A stretch of DNA of 52,885 nucleotides, counting the filler, from Catajapyx aquilonaris (Eukaryota): assembly GCA_000934665.2 (NCBI GenBank). It is 2 parts of 2 records of this genome, joined end to end, with 100 filler letters (N's around TTAATTAATTAA, not from the genome) between each part and the next. Parts side by side here need not be neighbours in the genome. Positions count along the whole stretch, not along the records: positions 1 to 26,419 come from KZ539307.1; positions 26,520 to 52,885 come from JYFJ02005217.1. One strand, given 5' to 3'. A program made the translations under genes and the position numbers. Under the pieces are notes generated by a model that had not been told where the DNA came from, searched no databases, and saw nothing but the letters and a program-made list of their open reading frames with translations. Shown one piece after another: positions 15,156 through 28,015 of the stretch. Every line of letters starts with the position of its first letter. Within the stretch, counting starts at the first letter, position 1.

Positions 15156-15665
15156 AAGTGAAGGATGTGTCATGGCTATTGATGGCGGATTTGATGATTC
15201 ATGAATAAACAAATACAAATCCGGAGCTAACGACCATCGGCCCTTTTCAGCATTCAGATAAAGGAAGAGGGGGAGACCACAAAAATCAGCTTTTCTATGA
15301 GTGTCGTCCGAATTTGAGGGGTGTCCACGTCTTATCATCCTGTCTCACATTTTCACCTTTTTATTAGTACAGTGGACACCCATCGTTCAATCACGCCCGC
15401 ACACAAATTGGGTCCACATAAATCATACGATTTGGTCTGCTGCAATCATGTGACAAGTTCACATTTAGTATTTTGTGGGCTCGCCTTGGACGACCCTGGA
15501 CTTGGTCCCTTCCCCCATTATCCACCAGCGTGGTGTGTCAGTCACTTGTCATGCTAATCAGGCATGATGGGAAAATAATCAGCGCCAAATTGGGAGGATA
15601 TCGAATCAATCGTGCATGCAGACGAACTGGAAGGGGCAGGATGGGGGATGGAGGGGGGGGGGGGG

Positions 15666-15696
15666 NNNNNNNNNNNNNNNNNNNNNNNNNNNNNNN
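15666..15696. other. Assembly gap within a poly-G tract
   Basis: 31 N flanked by G runs. Confidence 0.98.
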
Positions 15697-18314
15697 GGGG
15701 GGGGGGGGCATGGGACAGCCTAAAAAGAGGGTCCGGAGAAAAACCTCAAATCAATTTTGAGGGAGGCAAAGAGCAGTTAGTAGATCACAAAATTGATTCT
15801 TGTTTCCAAACTGCTGGGGGAAGTGTGAAGGGTCGGAAAGGTCCTTAGCTTATCAGGGACTGCCAAATACAGGGGGTGCCAATACATTTCTGGTCAGATG
15901 TTTGAGAGTACAGGTGGTATGATAGTCTCTTCTTATATATAACACGGCCTAGAATAGTGAAGTACATGGCTGCTTCCCGGCTTCCCTTATAATATTCTCT
16001 ATCGCGGCAAATGGGAGGGGGCAAGAGAGTCTATGCAGAAAATCCCCAGCAAGGGCACCCCACCGCAATTCTCCTCCACCTCCTCCTCCGCCAACCCCTG
16101 GCCTGACTCCCCCCCCCCTCTGCCGCCCAACTTTGTCCCTATTCACCACTCTCAATGGCTAATTGAGAAGGTGCACGGATATGTGAAACAGGCTTTCAGT
16201 AGCGAGTTAGCTTGAAATGGCTTTGGATTCCAAAGGGAGGCGAGAAGAGGAAGTCGAGTGGGCAGAACGGATTGGTTCCAGCCTCTCCCCCTCCCCCTCA
16301 CTCCCACGTTTCCTCCTCGCCCCCTCCCCCCTCCACCAGCCACATCTCCTAAAATCGCTAAAGCGCAGGGGCCAATTCTATGAGCCTAATAATGTGCCTA
16401 GGATTTCTCCCTGCTGTATTAGATTTTTACACACGACCTTTTTCCATGGCTGCCTGTTACGGTGCCATTCCACTCGGACTTGTGGCCAGCATATTCATGA
16501 AATTTTCACAAGTGGAGATTTTTTGAAAGCCAAAAGGCTCTAGCTGCGATTCGTTTTTTTAAAAAACGAATCTATCTACTTCTGGTGACCTAATCAACGT
16601 CTCTATAATCATGCTCATAATCAACACCTTGTTGACAAAATAATCGGGTCGCAAGTGCCGTTTGTCCCCTCTTCCTTCCAAGGCCGTATCCTCCAATACC
16701 GGCAACAATCAGCTAGAATCAGGAGCTGAAAGCCCTTTCGAACCAAGCCAGGGCGGATTCTATGAGACCTTCTGTCACATGAGTATAAGAGCTTATATGC
16801 TAATGGACAAGCAAGTCTGCTGGTTGACAGACGACAAAACAAGGCTCTAATTGCCATCCCAGGCCCCGCTAAGCAAACATCCAGACTCTGATGAAAGGCC
16901 TATAGCAAGTATCTATTTTTCTATTACCCTTCAACGAAATGGGTATTCTTCTAGTGGTTTGGAAACAGTTTTCTTGTCCTTTCCGGATCGGAAGGAGGCA
17001 GCAAACCTCTTGTAGTCCTTCCGGCGCGTGTGTTGGCCCATTGTGCATCGCCATCCTGAAATCCCTTGGACCTGGACCGCACAAAGGTGTCAAAAGCAAA
17101 ATCTAGTCTACATTTCAGTCATCCTCCCCGCTGGCTGGCTATAGCCCCAGCTTGCGTCCATTGTGCTAGCAGCAGGAGAAGAGGAGAGAGAGGAGATTCT
17201 ATATATACCAGTTGGTAGCAGCAGCAGCAGCAGCACCCTCGTCACGTGATTCCCCAGCTATTACTTCTCCTCTCCAAACTTTTCTGTAAAAAATTTTTGT
17301 TGAGTAGCCATTCTTCCCCTATTCCCTACCCCTCAGTGAATATATTGTATCCTTGGCCTGCTACGGTATATGCGATTCTGTATGGAGCAGAGAAAAGGCA
17401 TTATAGTAAGTCCTTTGTCACATGGCAGTGTGGGCTTTCATTCGCTTTGGGTAGCGGAGGCCCTGATACGTTTAATGCAGCCCACACTATTCATCTCCAG
17501 GCTCGCTCGTTTATAGCGTGGCTCTTATGCGAGCCGAGCGAATATTTCATTGGATAAAATTTTCTTTCAGAAGTGTTTTTCAGCGACGGGGAGGGACCGC
17601 AGAGTGAAGACGGGGAGCGCTGCATTGGAGCCCATGAATGTAAATGAAGCCGAGCATAATACGGGGACAAACTCACGCGTTTGATTCCGTGTTCTTCGCG
17701 CTTGGTTTAGTCAGAAAAGGTGCTGGGAAGGGAAGGGGGCGGCTGGCTGAGGGAGAGAAGAGATGGGGGGGAGGGAGGGAGGGAGGGAGAGGTTTGCCAC
17801 AGAAACGGAGAGAGCGAATGAGGATTGCGAAAATTCGAGAACCAACATTACAGGCATCGCCACTACGCCAAGGATTGTCTGAGTGCTTGAAATGCACGGT
17901 GAGGCTCTTCCCACCAATGCGTCACTTATGCACGGCGCCTGCGACAATAAGCGCGTCCAACAAGTCGCACACTTTCAGTTTCTTTATCTCTCTCAGCTCA
18001 CATTTTTTTTTACTTTATCGTATTAATGATGTCTTACTGAGTTTCTTACAAAACGAGTGTGCGTACTGTCTTTGAATAGGCCAAAATTAGGTAGCAACAA
18101 GTCCGCTTTCGATATTTTGTTCCCGCATAGTCTAAAGAGGATTGGTTGGCTTCCGTCCTTTTTCTTCCGCTCAGTTGTTTCTCTCAGATAATAAGGGAGG
18201 CAGACAGGATTCTAGTGCAGTCCTATACACTAATAAAATGTAAGCTCGTAAGAAGATTGGAACCTGTTGTGTCCTGTCATTATTGTATAACCAGTTGCCA
18301 GACAAGAGACAGGC

Positions 18315-18558
18315 AGAGGTCTGTTCCCAGCTCTCAGCACTTGTACTATGTATACTATGTAGTACATAGTATACATAGTACAAGTGCTGAGAGCTGGGAA
18401 CAGACCTCTTTTGGTGATTTGTTGTCTTGTTATGTAAGGAACATACCGAGCAGTTGGTCTGTTCCCAGCTCTCACTTGTACTATGTATACTATGTAGTAC
18501 ATAGTATACATAGTACAAGTGCGGTATGTTCCTTACAAAACAAGACAACAAATCACCA
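18315..18558. repeat. Compound nested palindrome
   Basis: Perfect 95-bp palindrome at 18315-18409 (47-bp arms, 1-nt centre). A second foldback at 18412-18558 re-uses the same core. Confidence 0.92.
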
Positions 18559-21500
18559 GTTCCTTCAGAACCTTAGCACAATATAAAATGTTAAAAGCCC
18601 ATTGTGCATAATAAACATGGCAGAGTCACTCTACATTACCTATCTCCAGTCGGAATAGTTGGACGAGACATTTAATCAGAGGTAATTGACAGCGCAATCT
18701 GGTAATTACGGATGTAATACATTTTGCCTAGGGCCCGTGCATCCAGGCAATGGCTCACACCGCATTCATGATGGCTCAGTACTCACTATCTACTTATCTC
18801 TATCCAACTCCCAGTGTCCTCGCAACAATACGCAGCATAAACGAGCTCTATAGAACAATACCATACGATCACATTAATACTTCCAAATTGCTTTCAACTA
18901 TTAAAAGCAAAGTAAAAACATATGAGGTGTTCCCTCCGGTATTATTCGATGCTGGATCAGATGATGAATACAAGAGAAGTGAAACAACAACAAAAATTTA
19001 CTGGTAGTCCCTGGTGTGTATGAGTGAATGTGCACCGCCATCTTTATACAGATGTTATCCGACTACTCCTCAACTTTTTGACAGACTGGCTGAAGTTATA
19101 GGCCTACCATAATTATGAGTCTGAAATTGTTCCTATACTGAGCGACATCCTACTTGGTAAATGGCGGGTTGTAACATTTTTATGGCAAAAATATCATTTT
19201 CATTTGCCCAAGTATGCACGTCCTGGTCAATCTACCTCATGCATTTTACACCGAGCCCCTGTAATAATAAACAATAAATTCAATTCATATTTTGACAGCA
19301 TGCGTGAAATACCATCATACAATTACAACCCATGAAACTTAATTTTTTGTTTTGATATTATACATGCACACAGCGCAGCGTGGCATTAAAAATATACATA
19401 TCAATACGTATTATGTGCAATGTAGGCCTATACTTGTGTCAATAAGAGACACAAATTTGCACGTTTTTTCTCGACTACATCAAAATAATAATTATAACAA
19501 TATTCTTGTGCAACAGTTACATTTGACTCATGTTGCAATATGGAGTCAAATGATGTACAATACAAGAATGACTCCCATATACTCGTTAATCCTGTCGGCT
19601 ACAGGATATCACCCGAGAAGTGAAACACCATTATACGACGTACAGTACATGCAACAAAACTATTATATTGCCATTCATAGAATTTCCATGACATTGCTTT
19701 GGTCTCATGAATTTTAGTGTAGATACTGGAGAATATCAAAGGAATAGGCTATATACTGTGCTATAGCAGGGTTCTTCAACTACTGTACTTCCCTCTCCTC
19801 ATGAAGCCAAGTTCTTTCTTGAACTGTCCGTACAACACACGAGGATATCCACACACTTCTCTGGCAGAGATGAACCACATGGTCCATGTATGACATGTCA
19901 GAGTTCGCACCTCAAACCTAATAATGGCATGAGTATTTACGTCACGTTCACAGTGGATACGATTATCATACAGTATTTCTTCCATAAAAATTCACATTAT
20001 GAACTCACCACACTGACTTCACTTACGACATCCGTCTTTGCCATACTGACACAAGTAGTTCACATTTATTGTCTGCACAGGAATATGGTTCACAACACTA
20101 TGATCGCATTGAAAAATGCGCAGTCTAATAGAGAAGTATGTATTATACACGTACAGCACATTTGTAGGGCCGGTTGGATGTAGTCAAATTTATATGAAAA
20201 TCTAGGATTGAAATATTGTGAATACATACAGTATGTGCTGCCCAATCGGAATGTTAGAGAAACCCCTAAAACCAATGTCAAACCAATCTTGTTAGTTTTT
20301 TGAAGCTATAGGTGTTACACTGTTAATGCAATGGTTTTAATGGGCATAATTATTCTATCGTAATCATACACGTTATTAATGTTTCCCATTTTAAATGCAA
20401 TCTCTCTGACGTTCCGCCGGTATATGAACATTCAGCGTTTTTAGAGTATCAATTTTCAAGCCTCGCACGGTACCGTACGGCGCGTCGTCTCAGAGTCCGA
20501 CCATGTCAGCCGTGGTCCGTTAATTCATCTCAACTGAAGACAACAGCTTCCTCGCTTGACTCCCGCATGATGGGGAACCCAAGTCTTGTACCACCAACGT
20601 TAATCGCTCTTTTCTGGCCCATAACCGCCTCGAAATCTGATTACATTTCACAGCACATTGGGCTGATGACAAATATTTTCTTCCGCAGCCCCAAAAAGTG
20701 GTAAACTATCATCAGCATCGTCTCACCCCTGGAGCAAATGCTCCAAAGCAGTGTGAAAATGGTTTAGCCGTAGATCGGAGCCTGGTTATAGGCCAGACCA
20801 GCAGCAGGCGGCGCAGCAGCAGCAATAAGTCCCCGGAGGGCAAAGAGGAGAGGTCCTGGTATAGGCATGGGAGGGGGGTGTGTTGGTGGAAACAAGGTGC
20901 AAATTGCGAAGTTTTGCCGTTCTTCCGCTTGGTTACAGCATTGGAGGGGCGACAGAATCCGCCCCTACACTCCCCGCAATCCAAATTTTCCGCTTGCACA
21001 GCCCCTAATTTTCCCATCCCGAGGGGTGGGGGGGTGTCCTGGTGTCGTCACATCCAGCCCACCAATATAGCTGCTGTCACCAGAAGAGGAGGTAGGTGGA
21101 ACAGCCCAAACCCCCCCACCACAACCAACCCCCTCCTGACTTCCTCGCCTGGCAAATTTTCTCATTTGGCTGGGGCCCTCACAGCGGGGCAGAGAAAGGG
21201 GCAATTGGACGGAAAATCGCGCTGATGGAAACGCGAAATGAACATTATGGGCTCCACTGTGCCAATCTAGTGTTCGCTCACACAGCGCCGCCAATACCTC
21301 TCGGCCACAATAATATGAGGGGGTCCCCCGCTACACCAAGATTGCCTCAAATGGGGTTTACAGCAGCCATCCCAGGGATCAGGCCTCGGCTTGTTATGCA
21401 CGCTTTGCATGCACCTCATCATCAAGCCCCTGCTTCCACCGAATAATATAAGAACGACTTATTATTCTCGCAGACGAGCTTTCTCATGCGGGCTTGATGA

Positions 21501-22511
21501 CGATGATGCCCTCGCCAATTGCTTTCGTTTTGCCTTGGCTTTGACTCCGGATATACTGGCTCTCGGGAAGCTTCTTTGCATCGCTCGTGCGTGTAATCAG
21601 CTCATCACTTTCATCTCACTATTTGAATGATAAGGAGGTTCTTCTGCACGCGGAGGAAGATGATGCGTGGTCAGCCCAAGTATTCGAGGTACGAATAATA
21701 ACCGAAACCAAACGAATTTAATGCAAAACATGTGAACTTAAGTAGCTCAGGTAAGTAGTAAGCGCACCATATTTCCAAACTGCAGTATCAAGGAAATAGC
21801 TTCGACTTAAATAGAATCGAGCATATTGGTGTTAATTGATCTATCTGACGATGGAAGAAGAGAGGCATCCTTGAGCTGAAGGAGAGGACTTTTCACTGTG
21901 ATTTCACTAGTCAAGTTCATTTTCTTGATTTCTACAGTATAATGCCATGGCGCAATGTTGCAGTTAATGGGTCATAGGGGGGATCGTTAAGTAAGGCCAC
22001 GCCAAATTAAGGGTCAGTAATTTATCTTAATAGAAGAACAAAATCACTTTGCTTCTGGCTGATTTCAAAAGCATTATTGACGTGAAGTATAATGACGTTG
22101 AAATGAATTTAATATAAGAATAATCATGTTTTTCTTTAAATGCGATGCTTTATTAAATAAAGGTTGAATTTTAGTGAAATTATCCCACATTTCAACGAAT
22201 ACGATTCATCAACGACATGTCGAATAAGACAGAATTCAAAACCTGCCCTCTTTCATATTCATGTGTATGCGATGTACTGTACAGTACATGTAGGTGTATC
22301 GTATCTACAATGCCATAAAAATGGAAGCTATTTTTTTACGTTTGAGAATTTTTCAGTAAGCCTATCACAGGAATATGATTATTCTCTCAACAAGTGATGA
22401 AAATCAGAAAATTATTAGGGCTATAGGAACAAGTCATTCTGTCATACAGTACGGTATATCTGGAGTTTTCCTCTATATTCCATCTTATTTTGGTATTTCG
22501 CGTGCAAATAC

Positions 22512-22749
22512 CAGGGGTTGGAACATTCGGATGCAAAGGTGCAATTTAGACTCCAAATTTGTTATACGAATGCACTCCAAACTTAGGCTTGGAGTGCAAA
22601 GTTTGCCGTCCAGTTGATCCTGCATTTTAACATGATGGCTAAACCAAGCAATTAAAAATTAATCAGTCCACGTAAGTAATTTGCACTCCAGACTTTCATA
22701 TGGAGTGAAACTCTGCACCAGGGTTTTAAAAAATAATAATCGACCCCTG
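22512..22749. mobile_element. hAT-like MITE with CAGGGGT termini and 6-bp TSD
   Basis: CAGGGGTTG...CGACCCCTG flanked by AAATAC on both sides; internal TGCACTCCA/TGGAGTGCA repeats; second copy at 46383-46599. Confidence 0.75.
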
Positions 22750-22761
22750 AAATACTGCATG

Positions 22762-23115
22762 TAAGGTGTTCCCGAATTCGTCTGCCAGAATGATATGGGT
22801 GGTAGGGGGTGTATATGGAAAAAGCATGGTATAGGCCCCAAAAGGTAGTCGACGCTACGACTAGGAGATTCCGACCTTTGACATCGACGTTGTCTATCCT
22901 GAATAGTATGGATATCCCCGTAGTACATTCAAATGGTCTGGTAGTGAGAGCTCCTGACTCCGGCAACCAGCAATGCAGGCATGCACGGGGGACTGGGGTA
23001 TCCATATTTGTCAGGATAGACAACGTCGACGGCCATTCGGACCCATGCCATGCTTCTTCCATATGCACCCTCTAGCACCCAAGTCATTTTGGAAGACGAA
23101 ATCGGGTACACCCTG
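22762..23115. mobile_element. Foldback Tc1/mariner-type MITE (decayed)
   Basis: Long imperfect inverted arms; right end ...GGGTACACCCTG-TA; inner inverted repeat TCGACGTTGTCTATCCTGA/TCAGGATAGACAACGTCGA. Confidence 0.65.
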
Positions 23116-24488
23116 TAGTAACTTATATAATGTAGACGTAGGTTTTTTGTTATAGTACCACAAGGTTCTTATGCAACTATTCACATAATATTATTATGTT
23201 TACCGTGTCCTATATTATGTGTTGCATAATATGGTACCATATATAACAACGAAAACCCACAATTTTCATAAGTGTATACTGTTTACGTGTGCCGTCTGTA
23301 TGTAGTTCCCGGTAGTTCCTGATGCAATATTGGTGTAGCAGTACCAAGTCGATATTACATCACACATACTATCAGCATGTCTATGTTAAATTTCTTCACA
23401 GGCCCTTGCACCATTAATTCGCCCTGCGGAGCCTGGCAGGCAGGACCTGGTGTATCATCTGCTCCGCACACGAGCTCGGTCAATGTGAGACATGATTGCG
23501 GTGGCAACAATGATGAGCCTGGCCCACTGATTGTAATTTTCTTTCATCAAAACCATATATTCTGAGCGTATATGCACTGTATCTAGAGTGTTTGTGTGAG
23601 TGTTTGTCGCCCCTATTGTTGGCTTCTCCGAAGGGACTCTTCTGCGGCAATAGTTTTGGGAGGACCTTTAATTTGTTAAGAACTTATGGCATTATTCCTT
23701 CCGGTCGCATGCTAGAACCAGGCTTTAAACTCAGGATGGGTTTTTGAACACGGGGACCTACAAGTCAGACGGGAAATTGAACTTTTCTGAGAACAATAAG
23801 TTAGATGCATGTGGTGAGTAGGGATGAAAGTATTATGTCTACCAAGACTTTCATTGTACTGTATACTCTTACTGCACTATAGTCACGATGAAATAGTGGC
23901 ATTGGAAGGTTTCGGAAATGGCGTTAAAACTAACAAGTGTAGGCAATAGTGCAACCAGTTTTATGTATATTCTGAATGCATATTCGTATATACGTACATG
24001 TCCAATCAGTCGGCTCTAAGCTGTCCCAATGGAGATGTTCCCTCATTCTCGCACTAAAGGAATTCAAAGCCGCTTCGGGTGAAAGTACGTAAGCAGGTCT
24101 TCCTCGCTCTTTCTCGTGCGCATATCTGATTTTTTTTTTTTTGTCCTTTCCAAAAACGAAACTCCAAAATATGTTTAACACGTGACGTTGCTTAAACAAT
24201 TTAATCATTCTTCTATTCGTGGACGGTAATCAGATGTAGTTCATAATATAAAAGTTAGTCGGTTATAATGAAAAACGTCCAAGCCTGTTCTTATCAACTT
24301 TACGAATGAAGTTATTAAAAATGATTTTATCCCAGATAGACGCACTTTATTTCCAACCTTTCCACTCAATATTCTCTCTATACTTTCAAAACTGACTCAC
24401 CTGCTGCTTCCTCCAGTATACTCTATTAAAGTTTCTAGATTGGAGTTATTTTTATTCCAGGAACTGCTGCTTGTAAAAATGACCTGTT

Positions 24489-24770
24489 TTTTGTTGTTTT
24501 TTTAAATATATAAATTACCCCTATGCTAACGTTGTTGGTCTTAAGGGGGGAAAGGAGGTTCCCAAGAGGGGGGCTCTGTACGATATAACTGTAACCACCA
24601 GACCTTTTCTCCGGGTCCGGGGCAGAGTAGGGAGTGCAATTCTGCCCAGGCATGTCGGGTGAAAAGCGGAAAAAGACCCGGCCAAGCAGAGGTGACGGGG
24701 ACGGGATTTGAACCCCGGCCTCCCGCTTGGCTGGCCAGCGGCGTAACCGCTGGACCACCATGCCTCCCCC
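24489..24770 (-). mobile_element. tRNA-derived SINE, family B
   Basis: Pol III A box TGGTGGTCCAGCGG and B box GGTTCAAATCC; A-rich tail; near-perfect TSD AAAAATG(A/C)CCTGTT; body matches 41392-41600. Confidence 0.85.
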
Positions 24771-25034
24771 AAAAATGCCCTGTTATTTATGTGTTATTTA
24801 GTGGGCGGAAAACTGCGTATCCCATCCCCTCAGACCACGATGCCTCAGACTTACAAGTTCCTTTAGAAATGCTAAGTCCCGCAGGATGAAATGCGCACTT
24901 TTTCCGATCATTTGTACACACATTCAGAGGACATTTTGCAATCGATAGCTTCGAGGATATTTCCCGACCTTCACCATATTTACTACAACACAATACAGAA
25001 CTTGACGGTCCTTCTTCCCCGCTACATTTTGTCA

Positions 25035-25090
25035 ATCTTGTCCAATATGTGCTTTAGCTTTATAAAGCTAAAGCACATATTGGACAAGAT
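25035..25090. repeat. Perfect 56-bp palindrome without spacer
   Basis: 28-bp arms: ATCTTGTCCAATATGTGCTTTAGCTTTA / TAAAGCTAAAGCACATATTGGACAAGAT. Confidence 0.95.
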
Positions 25091-26419
25091 CTTCCCTGGC
25101 AGAATAACTCTGCACGAGGTATCCTATAATGAAGTGCGAGTCTAAAAGCACCAGCAAGAGCACAAGATTCAACTAAATTCCTTTGTAACTTGAAGAATTC
25201 AATACTCGTCGAGCTAAAACATCTTTCGCCACGTCTCAGGAAATTACTGTTCAAATCTAAACACTTGTACTGCCAACCATCTTGGATTCCATGCTGGATT
25301 AAACAGTACATGAAATCGCTCGGATTATCCTACCAGCATTTGTTCCCAGCATCACCCCGAATTTTCCTCCCGCAATTCCAAAGTCGCCCTATAGACCCGC
25401 CTGAAAATAAGAGAATTTAGGCAAAAACTTTCGCGAAAGTTATCCATTGCCAAAAAGTACCTCCAGCCTCCCTCTCTCTCTCCCCAGCTAGAGACCCTCT
25501 CCTCCTCCCCCTTTTCTCCCCCTCCCTCCTCCCTCCCCACCCCGGGCTGCAGGCGAACCTTCTTCGTTCCCGCAGATAGGGCCATAATAGATAGCCTATC
25601 AGGCTGGGCGTTCATTTCCTTCAGTGGCTTATACCATTCCACGGTGCCTGAAGATAAGTGCTATCGCCACAATGCCTCTACATTTCACCCTTTTATCTCT
25701 TTTGAGGAGGGAAAGAAAACTGGCAGAATAGCGTCTGAAATGTACCATTATGTTCGTTTGTAAATCCTATTATCCTCCTGTAGCAATTTTCCCTTCCCTT
25801 TATCTGGCGATGGACAATAATGCATAAATTGTGGGGCTGGAAAGCTTCTTTGGGCGCCCGGGGCTACCCGGCTGCGTTTTGTGGCGCACTGCGATAATAA
25901 GCGGATTTTCCAAGAGGGCCTTTTCGCCCCCCCTCCCTTTCCACACCCACCCACCCACCTTCCCCCTCCTCCCCCTTGCTCCTCCTCCTCCGCCGCTTAA
26001 ATTCCGGAATCAAAGCGACTTTATTGGGGCTGCCAGGGTGCAGAGAGAATGGAGGCTCCAGCCCGCAATTGGATGGAGGAGGAAGAGGGACCCCAAATGG
26101 TTTGCGATATGTCTATAGGCCGGTACCACACTTTTCAGTTACGGAATATATACGGTCTGGACCGCAATGTTCTCTGATAAAAGGACGAGTTGCCATAGAT
26201 CAGTCACATAGTACTTTTTGCATACCAATGTGGACTGTACAATGTTTGGTTTTTGTTTGGTTTATTAGGAAGAAGCCAAAGAAACTATGGATATCAGGAT
26301 ATAAGAAGACACAAAGGTGGGACCAGGGTATATAGAAGGAAGGGTAGAGCCATAACGGATCGGGCCAATTATAGCGCAGCGGTAGTGACGTCACCGGGAT
26401 GACAAAATTTCCCGCCAAT

Positions 26420-26519
26420 NNNNNNNNNNNNNNNNNNNNNNNNNNNNNNNNNNNNNNNNNNNNTTAATTAATTAANNNNNNNNNNNNNNNNNNNNNNNNN
26501 NNNNNNNNNNNNNNNNNNN
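26420..26519. other. Artificial scaffold join: 44 N + TTAATTAATTAA + 44 N
   Basis: Exactly 100 bp with a central six-frame stop linker. Confidence 0.95.
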
Positions 26520-27201
26520 ATGCGAAAATCTCAATTCTTGACAGTCTTTGAAATTTTGTAAAATTAGCAAAAGGACCATTTTTGTAATAAATACAATACC
26601 ATGCATTTTCTCTTCAGCACTGTTAGTCATCCCATCAGACAGTGTCTATTTAGATAACTCTGTTCAAGGATCATTCTGGGACTGATTAGGGCCTATATTT
26701 GGCCCCATTGCGTACTTTCAAGGCGCACATGCGTTCCTTCAAATGCAATTATTTTCCTTAAATCAAAAAACTCCTCCTGAGATTTTTTTCTATGTGAGGG
26801 AAAGGGTCTGGGCTACAACATTATTTAAAAATCGGATTTTTAAATTAGACGGATTTAAAAAAAAAATGAAATTTTGAAAATGGGACAAAATTTTCAAAAA
26901 AGTCACAATACGAATTTTCAATCCTTAGTGAGATTGGGCCCTCGAATCTGTTCAAAGGGAGCGGTCTACGACGTCTGTAGCTCAATTGGTTCACGAGATA
27001 TGACCGATTTCTGAAACCCTACCTTCCGAAAATGACGTTTTTTTCGGTGGGCCTATCTCCGGGGAGGGGGGGTAAATCTCAAAACCGCGCAAATGGTATT
27101 TTTGAAAGACGTAATTAAAGCGATTCGCCGATTTTCGTCAAAATCTGACAACCCAAGGGTCAATTTTCCTTAAAAGCTCGGTGAATTGACAGGAATGACC
27201 C
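26520..27201. mobile_element. Probable non-autonomous DNA transposon end, truncated by the gap
   Basis: Ends in TTGACAGGAATGACCC (TIR-like); internal AAAAT/ATTTT-rich sequence typical of MITE bodies; the other end is not visible. Confidence 0.4.
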
Positions 27202-27565
27202 AGTTACTGAAAAATGACAAAATTCCAAAATACTATTTTGCTCCAATTATTGTTTAGCCTTGTGAACCCAGGCAACAAAAAGTACTATGTGAAGTAATGT
27301 TAATTTTGGCAAACTATCTGAGGCTGCAGCAGTTTTCCTAAAAAGCTACATTCTGCAGACAGGAAACTGGACCATTGAATACAGAAGTGCCATGACATAA
27401 TTATTATCCTTTTAATCATAATCCAGACAGTCACACAATTAAAATACAGAAAAAAATTAGTATTATTCTATCCACATATTCTTGGTGCCCTCACAATTTG
27501 TTGAGACAGCGCCACCAATTTATGTGATTTTAAATTGGACACACATCATGGATCATGCTTATACT

Positions 27566-28015
27566 GGGGGAGGTGTGGTGGCCGAGATGGCAACGTCTGG
27601 ACTTGCTGAGTGGAAGGTCCCAGGTTCGATCCCCGCCTGGGAGTTCCCTTTTACCTGCGTCGGGAGGGCCTCTGACCTGCATCTAGGTGTCTGGCAACCT
27701 AGGGCTGAATCTTCAACGTATCGCGCAAACCTGCGGGTGTGGAAGGTGTGGTAACTCCCCGTTTGCGCGCCCCTCCCGCAGGTTTGCACGATACGTCGAA
27801 GATTCAACCCCTAACCTCCTGGGGGTTTGCACATGGCCCAACCTTGAGACGTTGCACCTGCACAAGTGTCCCTTCCCAATCCCTATCCCTATCCTACATC
27901 CTTAAGTCCGTGCACGGTGATTGAAGAAAACACGTTTGAAAACTGATGGTTGTGTCCATAACGACTTATAGTTGTATCACGGGGTAAAATAATAATTTAA
28001 AAAATAAATAAATAA
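27566..28015 (+). mobile_element. tRNA-derived SINE, family A, carrying a nested MITE
   Basis: A box TGGTGGCCGAGATGG, B box GGTTCGATCCC, (AAAT)n tail, perfect TSD ATGGATCATGCTTATACT (27548-27565 / 28016-28033); homologous copies at 46963 and 48070. Confidence 0.92.
27702..27810. mobile_element. 109-bp PIF/Harbinger-like MITE inserted in the SINE
   Basis: TIR GGGCTGAATCTTC.../...GAAGATTCAACCC; 3-bp TSD CTA; the empty site GGCAACCTAACCTCC is seen in the copy at about 47092. Confidence 0.85.

Noticed and set aside
14245..15338. ORFs with poly-Y, poly-I or poly-L
   Set aside because: Translations of (ATT)n microsatellites.
18146..18586. ORFs with the repeated HLYYVYYV peptide on both strands
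   Set aside because: Artefact of the palindromic DNA.
27566..27640. tRNA genes at the SINE heads (also 24.7, 37.6, 45.3, 45.9, 47.0, 47.8, 48.4, 48.6 kb)
   Set aside because: No complete cloverleaf; followed by family-specific bodies, tails and TSDs, so they are SINEs.
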